Positions 13,551-26,639 of a stretch of 64,000 nt of DNA are shown piece after piece. Under the pieces are notes generated by a model. The model had not been told where the DNA came from. It searched no databases and was given only the letters and a program-made list of their open reading frames with translations. The number at the start of each line of letters is the position of its first letter. Position 1 is the first letter of the stretch. The stretch spans positions 40,416,320 through 40,480,319 of the forward strand of contig JASCQW010000098.1 in assembly GCA_030264375.1 (NCBI GenBank). The letters are read 5' to 3'. Made by a program: the position numbers and the translations under genes. The stretch is from Carcharhinus longimanus (Eukaryota).

Positions 13551-14639
13551 AGGCATTGGTGTAATAAAGGGACATTTATGTAGGTCAGGCTGTTAACGCA
13601 AAATAATTGAAGCTTTATATACCACTGAATGATGTCTATGCCTGACTTGGGAATATCCATGTCCCAGCTGGTATAACCATCATTTTGTTAAATATAAAAT
13701 TCAGCCCAAAAGGAATATATTTAACAGCAGTCAGTACGGTATTTTTAACGTATCCCATACCTATTGAATCCTGGCAAAGAACAGTGAAATGAAACCTGAT
13801 GTTGCTGTCACAGATCATTAAAACCCTTCTGTCATTACACATCAAGGACATGGTCCACTCAGCACAAACCACCTAAGAGTGGAACATAACTTCGCAAACA
13901 AAAGCATGTCTGCTACATAATGTTAGTATTGATCTGAATTGGGTTCTGCTTGTCAATTATACTTGATCAATCATTTACTTGTCATCCAGTATTGTCACAA
14001 AAAAATGAGATTATTGTAAGTCTAGGAGGCATTGCCAAGTACTGTAAAAATGTATAAATGGATAGTGAGAAGCACCACAGGCATAAATTACCAAGAAATA
14101 CAATGGGACTGGTCAGAGGAACTGCAGTAGTCTTTTCAAGCTTGTATCTTCCAACCTACCTGGAATCATACAATCACACAGCACAAAAGTAGGGCATTCA
14201 GGCCATCATGCCTATGGCAGCTTTTTAAAGAACTGTCCAATTAGTCTCATTCCCCTGCTCTTTCATCAGAACCCTGTATTTTCTTTTTCTTTTTTTCAAC
14301 TATGCATCCAGCTTTCTTTTGTCATATAGTGAGGTTTAAAATGCATCTTGAGTTCAAAAGACATTTACAAACCAGCCCTAAATCCTCTATTAAATTACAG
14401 CTTTCCACCTCCTGTGCACTATTTTATTTGCCATAGGACTCTGCAGCTTAGCTAGTCTGGGGATTTGGAGAATGTAAGTTATCAAATCCTTGATCAGAAA
14501 TCTCTTACAGAAGGTAACTGACACACGGAACAAACTGGTATCAGCTGGACGGAAAGGTAAAAGCATAGCTTCACTGAAGAAAATCATTAAAGAAGAAATA
14601 TGAAATATCCTTGGCTCCTGTCTAGGTTTATAAAAAAAA

Positions 14640-15455
14640 TCACATTGATACAGTGCTTTCTGCGAATGCCAGAAACCTTAAAGCACCGCACAGTCAATTA
14701 ACCATTTTTGGAGAGTAGTCGCTCTCATTCTGGGAGAAACCCAGCAGCCAATTTGCACACAGTGGCCAAAGATTTCCCATCTCGCCTACCATGGGAGTCA
14801 TAGCAGGCAGGTCAGAAAATTTAGGTGAAACGGTAGTCTCGTGGTATTATTGCTACTCTATTAATTGAGAAACTCAGCTACTATTCTGGGGGCGCAGGTT
14901 TGAATCCCATCTCGGCAGCTGATAGAATTTGAATTCAATAAAAATCTGGGATCTACTGATGACCATAAAACTATTGTGAATTGTCAGAAAAACTCACCTC
15001 GTTCACTAATGTCCTTCAGGGAAACAAGCGACACCCATGTCCCATGAATGAATAAAAATTTGGCAGACTATGTAAAGGTCTGTTGAGTTCAGGTGGGAAT
15101 TTCCAGCCATGGGGCCCACTCAGCCAGAAAATCCTGCCCAGCAGATTTGTACAACTAGATATTGGAGAGATCCCATGTAACCTAAGTCTTGTTATATTGA
15201 TTGAGGGGTAAATATTGGCCAGGACACTAGTTCTACTCTGAATAGTGTTATAGGATCCTCAGCACACACTTATGCAGGCAGCCAAGGAATAGCTCATTTA
15301 AAGCTTTGCATTTCCAACAATGCAGCACTCACTGAGCATAATACTGGAGTGTCAGCATGGATCCTTGTGCATAAGCCCTTAAGTGAGAGTTAAAAGACCT
15401 TGAACCTTGTGAAACAGAGTCAAGAGTGCTACCAACTGAGAGACAACTGATACTG
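14640..15455 (-). mobile_element. Three-level nest: Deu SINE > MITE > short SINE
   Basis: The Deu core breaks after gcagccaatttgcacacag. MITE ends at 14764 and 15139 (gaaaatcctgccc). Inner SINE at 14835-15060. Confidence 0.55.
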
Positions 15456-16699
15456 ACAGATAAGAACAACCAGATCGATAGCTGTTTGTGTTTGAAGAGG
15501 AATTAATAGAAACCATTTATGTTATTAATCACAGAAGTGTGGGACATAACAGAAGCGGCTAAATTGTTAAAATGGACTTGTCCTTACTCTTAATTTCTTG
15601 CTAGTGATGACTTGAAATTACATCCACATCAACTTCCACCTTAATACTTCAGGACCTACATGTTTGTAAATGATTTGCACTTGATAACAATTGGCTGTCT
15701 TCAATGCAATATTTTGGCAAGATGTCTTTTGCAGCCACTTTACCAAATTATTTGTCAGTAAACAGTTGCAGTGATATTCTTAATAAGATATTATCACAAG
15801 GGGTTTTAGTGACTAATTTCATAAGGAAGGCAGACCTTACCCATTTAGAGGTACATGTGCAAAGAACATAAAATCCTGAACTAATAATTACAAGGACAGT
15901 CACATTGTGAAACCTACATCTATTCCACATTAAGAACAATTTAATTTCACAACTCTGCCTGTTAGGATTGTAGACATCTGTTGTGTGCTGTAAGTATCTC
16001 CAAATATCAAGGTGTCAGATCCCAGGGTAGAAAATCCAGCTTTGCACATTTAGACTTCACAGAGCTATAAATGTGTTAAACTTTCCTATGCATACTTAGC
16101 AGAGGTATAGAACTTCCTCTGCAGATTATATAGAATTAAATATATTAATCACGATATTTTCTGGTACATAATTTTACAACACAATTTATATTCAGGTGCA
16201 CACATTTCTTTAACAAATCTGTGCAATCTCTGTGTTCTTAATTCATTTAAAATTTACAAATTAAATGTATAGAAACGTCTTGGTTCAATTGTTCACTTGC
16301 CTAAGTGATGAAAGTGGTGAGTATTAGTCCCAAATCTGTCTATCATTGGCACACATTTGTTTCAGTTGAGGAGTTGGAAAGCAAAGTCGCTTCTGGGATG
16401 ACAAAGGACATGAATGCAAGCTCCATATCACTTTATGAAGATTGACACAAGCAAGAGTCTAGACCAAACACTAAGGATTAGTACTTGAGTGAGTGGATTT
16501 AACTGCAGTTACATTAAACATATTGCAACAATGGGGATGTTTTGGTTTGGGGTTAGAAGTACTATAAAACATGAAGAACCCTAGTAAATGAAGTAGCGAA
16601 ATCCCAAGCTTTCTGGAGCTTCATATGGATCAGGCAAGTCACATTCACTCACTTGATGGCATCAACTCAGGCTTACCGATCCTTGCCAAAATTGAATTC

Positions 16700-17058
16700 T
16701 CAGACAATGGAAAAACCCTCCACCTTGGCAGAAACGTCGTACTTCCCTCTCCCTCCGCTATTCTGCAGCACCTGTTAAACCACCTCTGTACATATCATTT
16801 GATTCTATACTTGCCCTCTTTTCTCTTTCGCCGCGTACCATTGTCCTTTTCAACACTGAATTATTTCTGCTTTCTCCTGGCTCTGCACTCACTTAAAAAC
16901 TGTTTGTCTTTAAATCTCCAGGTGTGATGGAAGATCGTCGACCTGAAACTTTAACTCTGTTTCGCTCACCATAAAGGCACCCTTGTACATGCTGAGTGCT
17001 CTCAATGTTTTCAGCTTTTATTTCAGATTTCTAGCATCCACAGTATTTTGCTTTTGTC
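16700..17058 (+). mobile_element. Penelope-like (second family) 3' region, hammerhead motif degenerate
   Basis: gacctgaaactttaactctgtttc..atgctgagt..tttatttcagatttctagcatccacagtattttgctttt; the same tail occurs at 28312-28420 and 31790-31890. Confidence 0.6.
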
Positions 17059-18164
17059 TGAATGGTGCACCCTGCTGGATAATTGACAAACAGCTTCAAG
17101 GAATTCCTGCTGGAACGTTGACATTGCTGGTACGGGAGTATTTTCCGCTTGAGAAACTGGCAATGTCGGAGAGAAAAAAGTTGATTGAATAAAAACTGAG
17201 ATATCATTTTCCTGAATCCTCTTGAATTGCAAACTTAATACTTCACTGAAAAATAAATGTCCATCATGAATGCTTCACAAATTCTTTCTTCATTCAATGT
17301 CAATTCGAATAATCTAATAATAGCATTTTTAAAGACTAATTTACAATTGTCCTGTGTCATTTACACTGCCTAAATTGAGTTATTGGATCATTTAAGTTTT
17401 TCAGTACAAAAAGTGACTTCAGTTGGGATTTTCCAGCCTTGCCAGGCAGGATTGGAAGTTTGGATGGACCAGTGAAATTCTGCCCTTTAAAATATCAGTA
17501 GAAATCCTGTATTGATTTTTCAATGCAATCTGGCTTGCATCTACATTTATGGTATTGTCACATGACAAGTAAGTTCATGGATAAAGGACAACATTATGCC
17601 AATCTCAATATTCCTCATTAGGATTTTATATTTATCTTTCTTGTCAAATTTTGTGTATTCTGTTCAGTCGTGTAGTTTTTCAGAACCACACATACCTCAG
17701 ACCCTATTTGGAATGTCTAGAAATCATATCTCTGTCCTAAAATGGTCACTGATTCCAATCAAGATGGCTGCCACATCGCCAAAATGTTCCACAATTCCAA
17801 GATCCACTGTGTCTGAAGGTGCAAGATCATAGGCCAAGCAGAAAGCCTGTATTCTGCAAGGTCTTTTCTGTCCCTTTGGTTGCTGTGCAAAGCTTACAAT
17901 GCATAGCAACCAGCTTCTCCTTTCTGTCTGCATAATTTTCTGTGAACTAACCACTGACATGATTTTCTGGCTAAGTTACACAAGAAAGCACAAGAAAGCA
18001 TTGAGATGTGGATCAGACTACTGCAGACCTAAGCAGGAGAGAAATTGTTGAGAAAAAATATAAATCATTTTGAAGAACAGAGGGAGGGCTTAGATAAATA
18101 AAGGGAAAACAATGACAATGTTAGAAAACAAGGAAGCGGAAAGAAAGAAAGTAAGAAGAAAGAA

Positions 18165-18525
18165 AGTTTTGCATTTAGAATGTGCCTCAGGGTGTTGTAA
18201 ATTGGTCACTTTTGAAGTATAGTCACTGCAGTAATGTAGGAAAATGCGCCAGTCAAATTACACAATTTCCCACAAACAGCAACAAAATAGATGACCAGAT
18301 TATTTGTTAAAGTGTTAGTTGAAAGATAAATGTTGGCCAGAACATGGAAAAATCCCCAGCCATTCTTTAGATACTGGTATGTGATCTTTTATATCTCTCT
18401 GAGATGGCAGACAGGACCCCAGTTTAGTATCAGCATCTAGAAAATGTGCTCCCATCTCTAAAATGGAGCTTGGACCTACAACCTTCTGACTGGGAGCATG
18501 GAAGCATTCCTACTGAACCATGGAT
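18165..18525 (-). mobile_element. Deu-domain SINE
   Basis: ttttgaagtatagtcactgcagtaatgtaggaaa..cccacaaacagcaa..atgaccagat core. Confidence 0.7.
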
Positions 18526-19436
18526 GAAATAATATATAATACAAATATATTCCAGGAAAACTTGTGCTTAATGTTTTTCCAAACGTAGAATGTCACACAC
18601 CTGGAGCTAACTAGGGGAGATCTTGAGTTTATGCCACTGGCTAAAACAGTCACCTGTTTTACATCTGCTTAAATTCAGTAGAAATAAAAACAGGGAGAGA
18701 TGTAAAATGGTCCACCACATTGATTACTCCTAAAACTTCAATCAGGTTTGTAAGGTGTAAGCTAAGCTTTACAAACCTACACTAGCTCTCTGATTTCTGC
18801 NNNNNNNNNNNNNNNNNNNNNNNNNNNNNNNNNNNNNNNNNNNNNNNNNNNNNNNNNNNNNNNNNNNNNNNNNNNNNNNNNNNNNNNNNNNNNNNNNNNN
18901 NNNNNNNNNNNNNNNNNNNNNNNNNNNNNNNNNNNNNNNNNNNNNNNNNNNNNNNNNNNNNNNNNNNNNNNNNNNNNNNNNNNNNNNNNNNNNNNNNNNN
19001 NNNNNNNNNNNNNNNNNNNNNNNNNNNNNNNNNNNNNNNNNNNNNNNNNNNNNNNNNNNNNNNNNNNNNNNNNNNNNNNNNNNNNNNNNNNNNNNNNNNN
19101 NNNNNNNNNNNNNNNNNNNNNNNNNNNNNNNNNNNNNNNNNNNNNNNNNNNNNNNNNNNNNNNNNNNNNNNNNNNNNNNNNNNNNNNNNNNNNNNNNNNN
19201 NNNNNNNNNNNNNNNNNNNNNNNNNNNNNNNNNNNNNNNNNNNNNNNNNNNNNNNNNNNNNNNNNNNNNNNNNNNNNNNNNNNNNNNNNNNNNNNNNNNN
19301 NNNNNNNNNNNNNNNNNNNNNNNNNNNNNNNNNNNNNNNNNNNNNNNNNNNNNNNNNNNNNNNNNNNNNNNNNNNNNNNNNNNNNNNNNNNNNNNNNNNN
19401 NNNNNNNNNNNNNNNNNNNNNNNNNNNNNNNNNNNN

Positions 19437-19520
19437 ACACTTGATACCCCTGGACATTCAGCTCCCAGTCCCTGTCACCTTGCAGCCACGTCTCTGTAAT
19501 GGCCACCAGATCGCCATAAG
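19437..19520 (-). mobile_element. CR1 ORF2 apurinic-endonuclease fragment running into a gap
   Basis: YGDLVAITETWLQGDRDWELNVQGYQV is the N-terminal APE-domain motif of CR1-type ORF2. Confidence 0.8.
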
Positions 19521-20591
19521 TCTCAAGATCCAGGGCAGTATAGCTGGGGGAAGCCAGGGTGGTGAGGGCTACCCCAAAGGAGTGCTGGGGAACTACCAAC
19601 CTCCAAAAGTTTCCAGGTAAGGTTTGCACAGCAATTGCCTAGCTGTGCAAACTTCTAAACAACTGCCCTATACTAGAGATCTTCTGAAAGTGTGATTTAA
19701 ATCTCAAACTTCTAATGGTTTTGATTGTGTTACATCCCAAAGAATAGTAGGAGATTTAAAAGCTACTTCCAACTTCTGGGTTACTATTGTACAGATTGTC
19801 ACTGATCCCAATAGGACACATCCCATACCCCGGAATCCTTACAGGACTTACCCTTACAGGATCTCGTCACGTCCACCGACTTCTCATCCCCCCAAAGGAT
19901 ATCCCACCTCAATGATATTTCCCCTTCACTAGAATTCCTTCTCCCCTCAAACTCATCCCCTTTGATACTACCTCTACCCCCATCAAGACTACGCCCAACT
20001 TTCAGCAACCCCTTCCTTCTCCCTCCCACCACCATCCCCCCCCACCACCCCCGTGAAATCTCCAGGCTTGGTCCAATCAATCAGTCCCCTTGATCAGACC
20101 CCACTCCCACCAAAGACTGTTCTGACAGTTTGGAGGGAGCATACCCGCCTCCAAAGCCTAACATTCCACTCCTCCATCGAGGATTTAAAGGAAGTGGATG
20201 AGAACAATACAAATGTCTTAGCTATTCATGTAATGCAATGATAACTAAGCTATTGACTAATTATAGATTTCAATCACTTAATCTGCAAGAAAACTGAACA
20301 GTAGAAAGCTATGGAACAAATAAGTCTAAAGTCATCTATTGCTCCCAAGCAAGCTAAGTTTGCCACAGCATGTCTCAAATTATGTATATGTTGTATCACA
20401 AAATATTATTTCCTGAAAGAAATCTGATTAGCATTGGGTGGCATAGTGGCACATGGTGGGCCTGGTAAGAAGCTCTTTCAGAGAGTTAGTGCAGACTTGA
20501 TGGGACAGATGAACCCCTTTTGTACTGTAGGAATTCTAAAGATTCTATGAATATTCAATACTTAATGCTTCCACCATCTCCTCTCGAAAAT

Positions 20592-20707
20592 GGGCAGAAT
20601 TTTCCTATCCTGTCCCCATGAGAATCGTAGCGGGAAGGACACAGACTATGCAAAGATCTATTGAGCTCATGCAGGATTTTACGAGTGCTGATGGAAAATC
20701 CGGTCCA
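20592..20707. mobile_element. ~115-bp MITE
   Basis: Inverted ends gggcagaattttcc / ggaaaatccggtcc. Internal similarity to the split element at 14764-15139. Confidence 0.55.
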
Positions 20708-20892
20708 TAAGTGTCCCATTGATCAACCACTCGCAACCACTTTAACCTGGACCATATATCAGGAAATTGACAGGATGAAGTTCAACATTCGTTTTACAAC
20801 CTGCCCAATTTTACTCCCTATTGAAGTCAATAGAGAATAATATTGAGTGGGGTGTAAAACTGATGTTCCACCAAATCCTGTGGAATTCGTTC

Positions 20893-21332
20893 TCAGTAAG
20901 AAGCCTCACAACACCAGAGTAACAGGTCAAATAAACCTGTTGGACTTTAACCTGGTGTTGTGAGACTTCTTACTGTGCTTTCTCCAGTCCAATGCCAGCA
21001 TCTCCACATCATGAATTCCTACCCAAGCAATAAGATAAAATTATCCCTATCTGCAGACTAATTTTTAATATAGCCCCTACAAGTGCAATTTGTGCTCTCT
21101 AGTTCTGTTATTCTGATGTGGAGATGCCAGCATTGGACTGGGGTAAACAAAATAAGAAGTCTTACAACACCAGGTTAAAGTCCAACAGGTTTATTTGGCA
21201 GCCCAAGCTTTCAGAGTTTCACTTCTTCATCAGGTGGGTGAGGACTTGTGTTCACAAACAGGACATATATAGACACAAACTCAATTTACAAGATAATAGT
21301 TAGAATGCGAGTCTTTACAGGTAATCAAGCCT
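20893..21332. mobile_element. Penelope-like 3' ends in both orientations
   Basis: Plus-strand tail at 20926-21012 and minus-strand copy at 21115-21332 (into gap) are reverse complements over ~85 bp. Confidence 0.8.
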
Positions 21333-21652
21333 NNNNNNNNNNNNNNNNNNNNNNNNNNNNNNNNNNNNNNNNNNNNNNNNNNNNNNNNNNNNNNNNNNNN
21401 NNNNNNNNNNNNNNNNNNNNNNNNNNNNNNNNAATCTTAATTTATTATAGTAATTTTAAATTGAGGGGATTTATACTCTCATTACCCTCCTTCAAAGTTA
21501 CACCACAATAATTCCCGCTGTCATTGGAGCTCCAAATCCTAGAGCTCATGTGGTCATCTCAGACATCAGCAGCATCGGTGACTTCCCACATATTACAGGA
21601 CACACATTCCACACAACACAGCTACCCTGCCACGGCTTCAAATTACTCTCAT

Positions 21653-21975
21653 GGATTCATACAGTGCAGAAGGAGGCCATTTGGCCCATTGAGTCTGCAC
21701 TAACCACAATCCCACCTAAACCTTATCTCTATAATCCCACGCATTTACCTTAGCTAGTCCCCCTTGACACTAAGGGGCAATTTACCATAGCCAATCCACC
21801 TAACCCGCACATCATTGGACTGAGGGAAGAAACCGGAGCACCTGGAGGAAACCCACAAAGACATGGGGAGAATGTGCAAACTCCTCACAGACAGCAATCC
21901 AAGCCGGGAATTGAACCCAGGACCCTGGTGCTGTGAGACAGTAGTGAGACAACAGTGCTAACTACTGTGCCATCG
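21653..21975 (-). mobile_element. HE1-like V-SINE
   Basis: The reverse complement shows a tRNA head with A/B boxes, V-domain (gggtttcctcc.ggtgctccggtttc) and tail ggcctccttctgcactgt. Confidence 0.85.
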
Positions 21976-22039
21976 CGTCTCCTTAGAAAGACTACGCTAT
22001 AACACTTAAGTACACTGATGGCTATACATACAGTATTGT

Positions 22040-22356
22040 AGAATCATAGAATCCCTACAGTGCAGAAGGAGGCCATTCGGCCCATCAAGCCTGCACTGAC
22101 GATAGTCCCGTCCTATTCCCATAACCCCATATATTTACCCTGCTAATCCCCTGACACTAAGGGGCAATTTAATATGGCCAATCCACCTATCCTGCACATC
22201 TTTGGACTGTAGGAGGAAACTGGAACACCGGGATGAAACCTACACACACACGAGGAGAAGGTGCGGACTCCATACAGACAATCATCCGAGACTGGAATTG
22301 AACCCAGGTTCCTGGTGCTGTAAGACAGCAGTGATAAATACTGTGCCACGGTGCTG
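22040..22356 (-). mobile_element. HE1-like V-SINE (second tandem copy)
   Basis: Collinear with 21653-21975; tail repeat (gattcta)n on the minus strand. Confidence 0.85.
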
Positions 22357-22485
22357 CTCTTTATTAACACTGCATTGAAGTCCCCCTAGTCATCACACTC
22401 CAGTATGTGTTCAGATATACTGAGGGAGAATTTAACACGGCCTGTCCACCTAACCAGCATGTCTTTTAGCCTATGCAAGGTAGCC

Positions 22486-23145
22486 ATGATGTGGAGATGC
22501 CGACACTGGACTGGGGTGGGCACAGTAAGAAGTCTTACACCACCAGGTTAAAGTCCAACAGGTTTATTTGGTAGCACAAGCTACAAACTTTCGGAGCGCT
22601 CCTCCATCATCAGATGAACGGGAGTTCTGTTCACAAACAGGCACAAACTCAATTTACAAGATAATAGTTAGAATGCGAGTCTTTACAGGTAATCAAGCCT
22701 TAAAGGTACAGACAATGTTAGTGGACAGAGCGTTAAGCACAGGTTAAAGAGGTGTGTATTGTCTCCAGCCAGGACAGTTAGTGAGATTTTGCAAGTCATG
22801 GGGGTTACACATAGTGTGACATGTACCAAGATCCCGATTGAGGCCATCCTCATGTGTGTGGAACTTGGCAATCAGTTTCTGCTGGAATTCTTCGACTGGA
22901 GACAATACGCATCTCTTTAACTTGTGCTTGGCCCTCTCTCCATTCACACTGTCTGTACCTCTAAGACTTGATTACTTGTAATTTCTTGCATTCCAACCAT
23001 TATCTTGTAAATTCAGTTTGTGTCTGTATATGCCCTGTTTGTGAACACAAGCCCTCACTCACCTGATGAAGGAGCATGATTCCGAAAGCTTGTGCTTCCA
23101 AATAAACCTGTTGGACTTTAACCTGATGTTGTGAGACCTCTTACT
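22486..23145. mobile_element. Penelope-like element: 5'-truncated minus-strand copy plus inverted pseudo-LTR
   Basis: Minus-strand QQKLIAKFHTHEDGLNRDLG resembles the C-terminus of a Penelope GIY-YIG endonuclease. 22523-22767 is inverted relative to 22896-23145. Confidence 0.8.
23060..23094 (+). ncRNA. Minimal type I hammerhead ribozyme motif (Penelope-associated)
   Basis: CAC-CTGATGA-A-GGAG catga TTCC-GAAA-GCT-T-GTG: helix I CAC/GTG, catalytic boxes CUGAUGA and GAAA, helix II GGAG/UUCC, palindromic AGCU helix III. Confidence 0.7.
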
Positions 23146-26100
23146 CAGTTATTCTGGACAGGTTGAAGGATTATGATGATATGCATTATTTAATCTCTCT
23201 AGAATCCTAAAAGTAGAATTCTACTCATTACTTAACCTTCCTTTATCCAGTGAGGAAATGAACAATTTGCAAAGTCTCTCCTCTTAATCCAATTCCTTAT
23301 TCCACCCGTCAATCTGATTTCTCTTTTCTCTATTCTTTCTACAGCTGTAAAGTTCTTTCTTCTTATCTTACCTTTATTGCACAAATATAATCAGAACACT
23401 TCTGCCAGGTTCAAGGTCAGTTGGAGACATGGAAAGAGGCAGACACGGGGTAGGGTTGATAGCTTGAATTGCAATATTTTTGTTGTTAATCATAGAAAGT
23501 TAACTGAACATCTTAATAAAAATATTTTTACTTCATGAATCACAGATGCAAACGTTTCAGTGCAATTTTAACAATCAGAAAATTGTGAAGATAATACATT
23601 AGAATTGGCAAAATATTCGGTTGGCTTCTCATCAGCAGCAGAGACTTGTAAAACGATGCCTTAAATATTAAGAGGATTTAACCTTCTTTCACTCTTACAA
23701 GCACGCCTCAGAGTACACCAACATTCTATGTACAGAATTGATCAGATTACCTTTCGAGTTTTGTCTACAAGAACCGGTACAAACAGAAAGACGCCATTTT
23801 TGGAAAGCATTCAAATATGCAACAAAGAATAGTACATTTTAAAAGGTTGACCAATCAAGATCTGTTCTTGCTGGTGAAAAAAAGTCTTTGGCAAATATAT
23901 TCCAAATTTTTACATGCATGAAAGGAATAGGTAAGCTGGTCAAATGAGTTGGAGTTTGGACTGATATGCGTAAGAAAGAACGAACCCAATTCTAAACTGA
24001 GAAAAGAGGTAGCTAAATTTCAGCTTTTGAATAATAAGTACTTCACTCGCAGAGCAAGATTTTCTGGTACTTCCCACCGGCGAGATCTTTTGGTCCCACC
24101 AAAGGCAACCCCTCTCATAGGGCCCCCAGTGCTGCGAGGACAAGAAATACACAACGCTGTAGACTTTGGATGGACTGGAACACCCTGCCATCAGCCAATG
24201 GTAAACTGCCTCCACCCTTGCTAGAAAACATGCTGAGGGGATGGGGCGGGTGGGGGTGGACTTGGCTGAACACAAATAAACTAAAGCAACTTAGTCCAGC
24301 GCTGTTGTATTCTAGGATGTAAAAGATAAACTGGTCAAATATGTGGAATCAATTAACAAAACGGTTGAATAACTGAATAGTAATTTCTTAACCTTACCAG
24401 ATTAGGCTCATAAGATACTTGCCTCTCTATCAGATGTAAAACAATCCTTTTAATTTAGGATAAAGATAACAGAAATAATTAGTATAAAATACATATATAC
24501 ACATGCAACTATTTTAAACAACAGTATAGCACTTACTTCTAGTCAGTTAATGAAATTACACCCATAATCTTGCATTCTAATCATGTAAAACTACTTCTTC
24601 CCATCCTTTGATATCAAGTCACACAGCAAAATAAGGCAGTTTTAATGACATTGATAAGGAAAAAGCTGGTTTCAGTTAAACAAAGACAAGCACATGAGAG
24701 AAAAGAATACCCATGAGGAAATGGCACTACATAAAGCAGACCAAATATTGTCTAGTTTTCAAGGATATAACTAAGCTTTCCAATTCCTGCTACTTTATCT
24801 CAGGGGAGGGATGTTTATGAATAATTTTAAATAGATTTTTGCATCCATACTAAATCTCCATCTTTCTCTATGTTTGTTTTCTTTTTAAGTCTAAAATTGG
24901 GGCAAAAGCTCAATCTTTTTTAACCGCATGGCATTCCACAAGTGCAAGGGTTAGTGTAAATCAAAAAATTGCTTTGTCTTAATGTAAAATTTGGGAGTGC
25001 AAATTGGATGTGAAGCCATTAACTGACTGCAAAGTGAAGCAAGTAAGAGTCTTCCTTCCAGGGAGCTTCAATCCAATTGATTCCAATCTCTTGTGGGTCC
25101 CTAAAGTCAGATTCAAGTCATATTTACACAATTGATGCAAAGTGAATGCGATTTGCATTGCTCTGCAACTGCAGTATAAATGCACTCTTCAGTGCTACTA
25201 TTGAAATGCAACTCCCTGGAATTATGTACCAAATTTGACTCTGCACATCGTCTGTAGCATGCGGCCTGGAACATCCCAGCCAACATCCCTTCCAAAGCAG
25301 TTTGCCCTCATAGGTCCCCAGTGAATCCCAAAAATGGTCCAGAAAAATGTAAGCAAGGAGCAGGAGTAGGCCATTCAGCCCCATGAGCCTGCTCCACCAT
25401 TCAATAAGATCGTGGCTGATCTGACACCTGCATAAATATAACGATTCAAACCACAGATTCACATTCAGTAGGGTATTTATTGGTCGGTCTTTCGGGTCGA
25501 ACCAAGCAAAACAAACTTAAATTACATTTGGACAAAGAAAAGGAGGCAGCTCCCCAAAAGGAGTGGGAATGGCCCAAATATAAACAAAAGGTACAAAGGA
25601 AACTTAAGACACGTCAAATCAAAAAGTGATTGTCGGGGTCTATAAGGCACCTCAGCCCCTGCGGTGCCCAACGGGCACGGAAGGAGGGTATTTATTGGTC
25701 CATTTATCAATTAGTCTTGAAGTGGCATATTTTGCTTGCAGTAAGTGTCCAAATTAATCAGAGAATTTAACAAGAAACTTGGATGACCTAGTTAGATTCA
25801 ATGACTGGAGAGCATAATGGTTTCAGGTGCCTGTCTGTCTGCTGATTGTATCAATATCATTCTATCTTTTCAAAAAAAATCAAAGCATTATTCAGTTGGC
25901 TTCCTTTAAATAGCTTTTTTAGAGTCCTTTGGTAATTATTCATTTATAAAGTACAGTCCTTCAACTTCAGTGGAGGTTTAATCTGTCTTCCTCTATTTGT
26001 CCCTTTTGATGACCTTCCCTCAGAGATATGTTGGTTCTTGCCTGAGTTTGCTTGACTTTAGGACTTGGTTTTCAGACTTCTGTTTTCATTAGATGACTTC

Positions 26101-26639
26101 TTGCCTGCAACCATCCTGCCCTCCAGTGCCCACCTTTGGTCACGTGACATGGCCTGTCTCATGGTTCTCCACTTTCCCCTGCCAACTATATAGCAAATAG
26201 ATTTTTAGTTACATGATTGGATGATTCTTGATTGTCAATTAGACTTTTAACCATATCTAATATTTTTATAACTAATAAACAAGAGTGTTCCAAGGAAACT
26301 AGAATGAACAAATATTTGAATATATTCCAATGAGTTTTCTCCAGAGTTGCTTTTAGTATTGTCCAGGAGAATTATATTTATTTACTAGAGACTTCAAAAC
26401 AATCCAGGAGAGTTTGCCAACCCTATTTGAGATATGATTTAAAAATTTCACCACATAGTCCAGGCTTTGGTTTCAAAAGTCACACCAGTCCAGTTTATCA
26501 AGCATCATTCAATCTAAGCATATTTGCTTTAATATCTTTGTCCTAATATTTTGTGGGATGTTGACAACCTGTACATCGATTTTGGTCTCATCTTGAGCAA
26601 ACATTTCATTTCAGCAATATTAATTGTAGAAAAGAAAAA

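Noticed and set aside
18769-19629. Long ORFs spanning N runs (also 29044-29914 and 57801-58614)
   Set aside because: Their length comes from untranslatable Ns.
21900-21975. tRNA genes (A/B box sequences here and at 22290-22356 and 39597-39665)
   Set aside because: These are the tRNA-derived heads of SINEs, continuous with SINE bodies, with no full cloverleaf.
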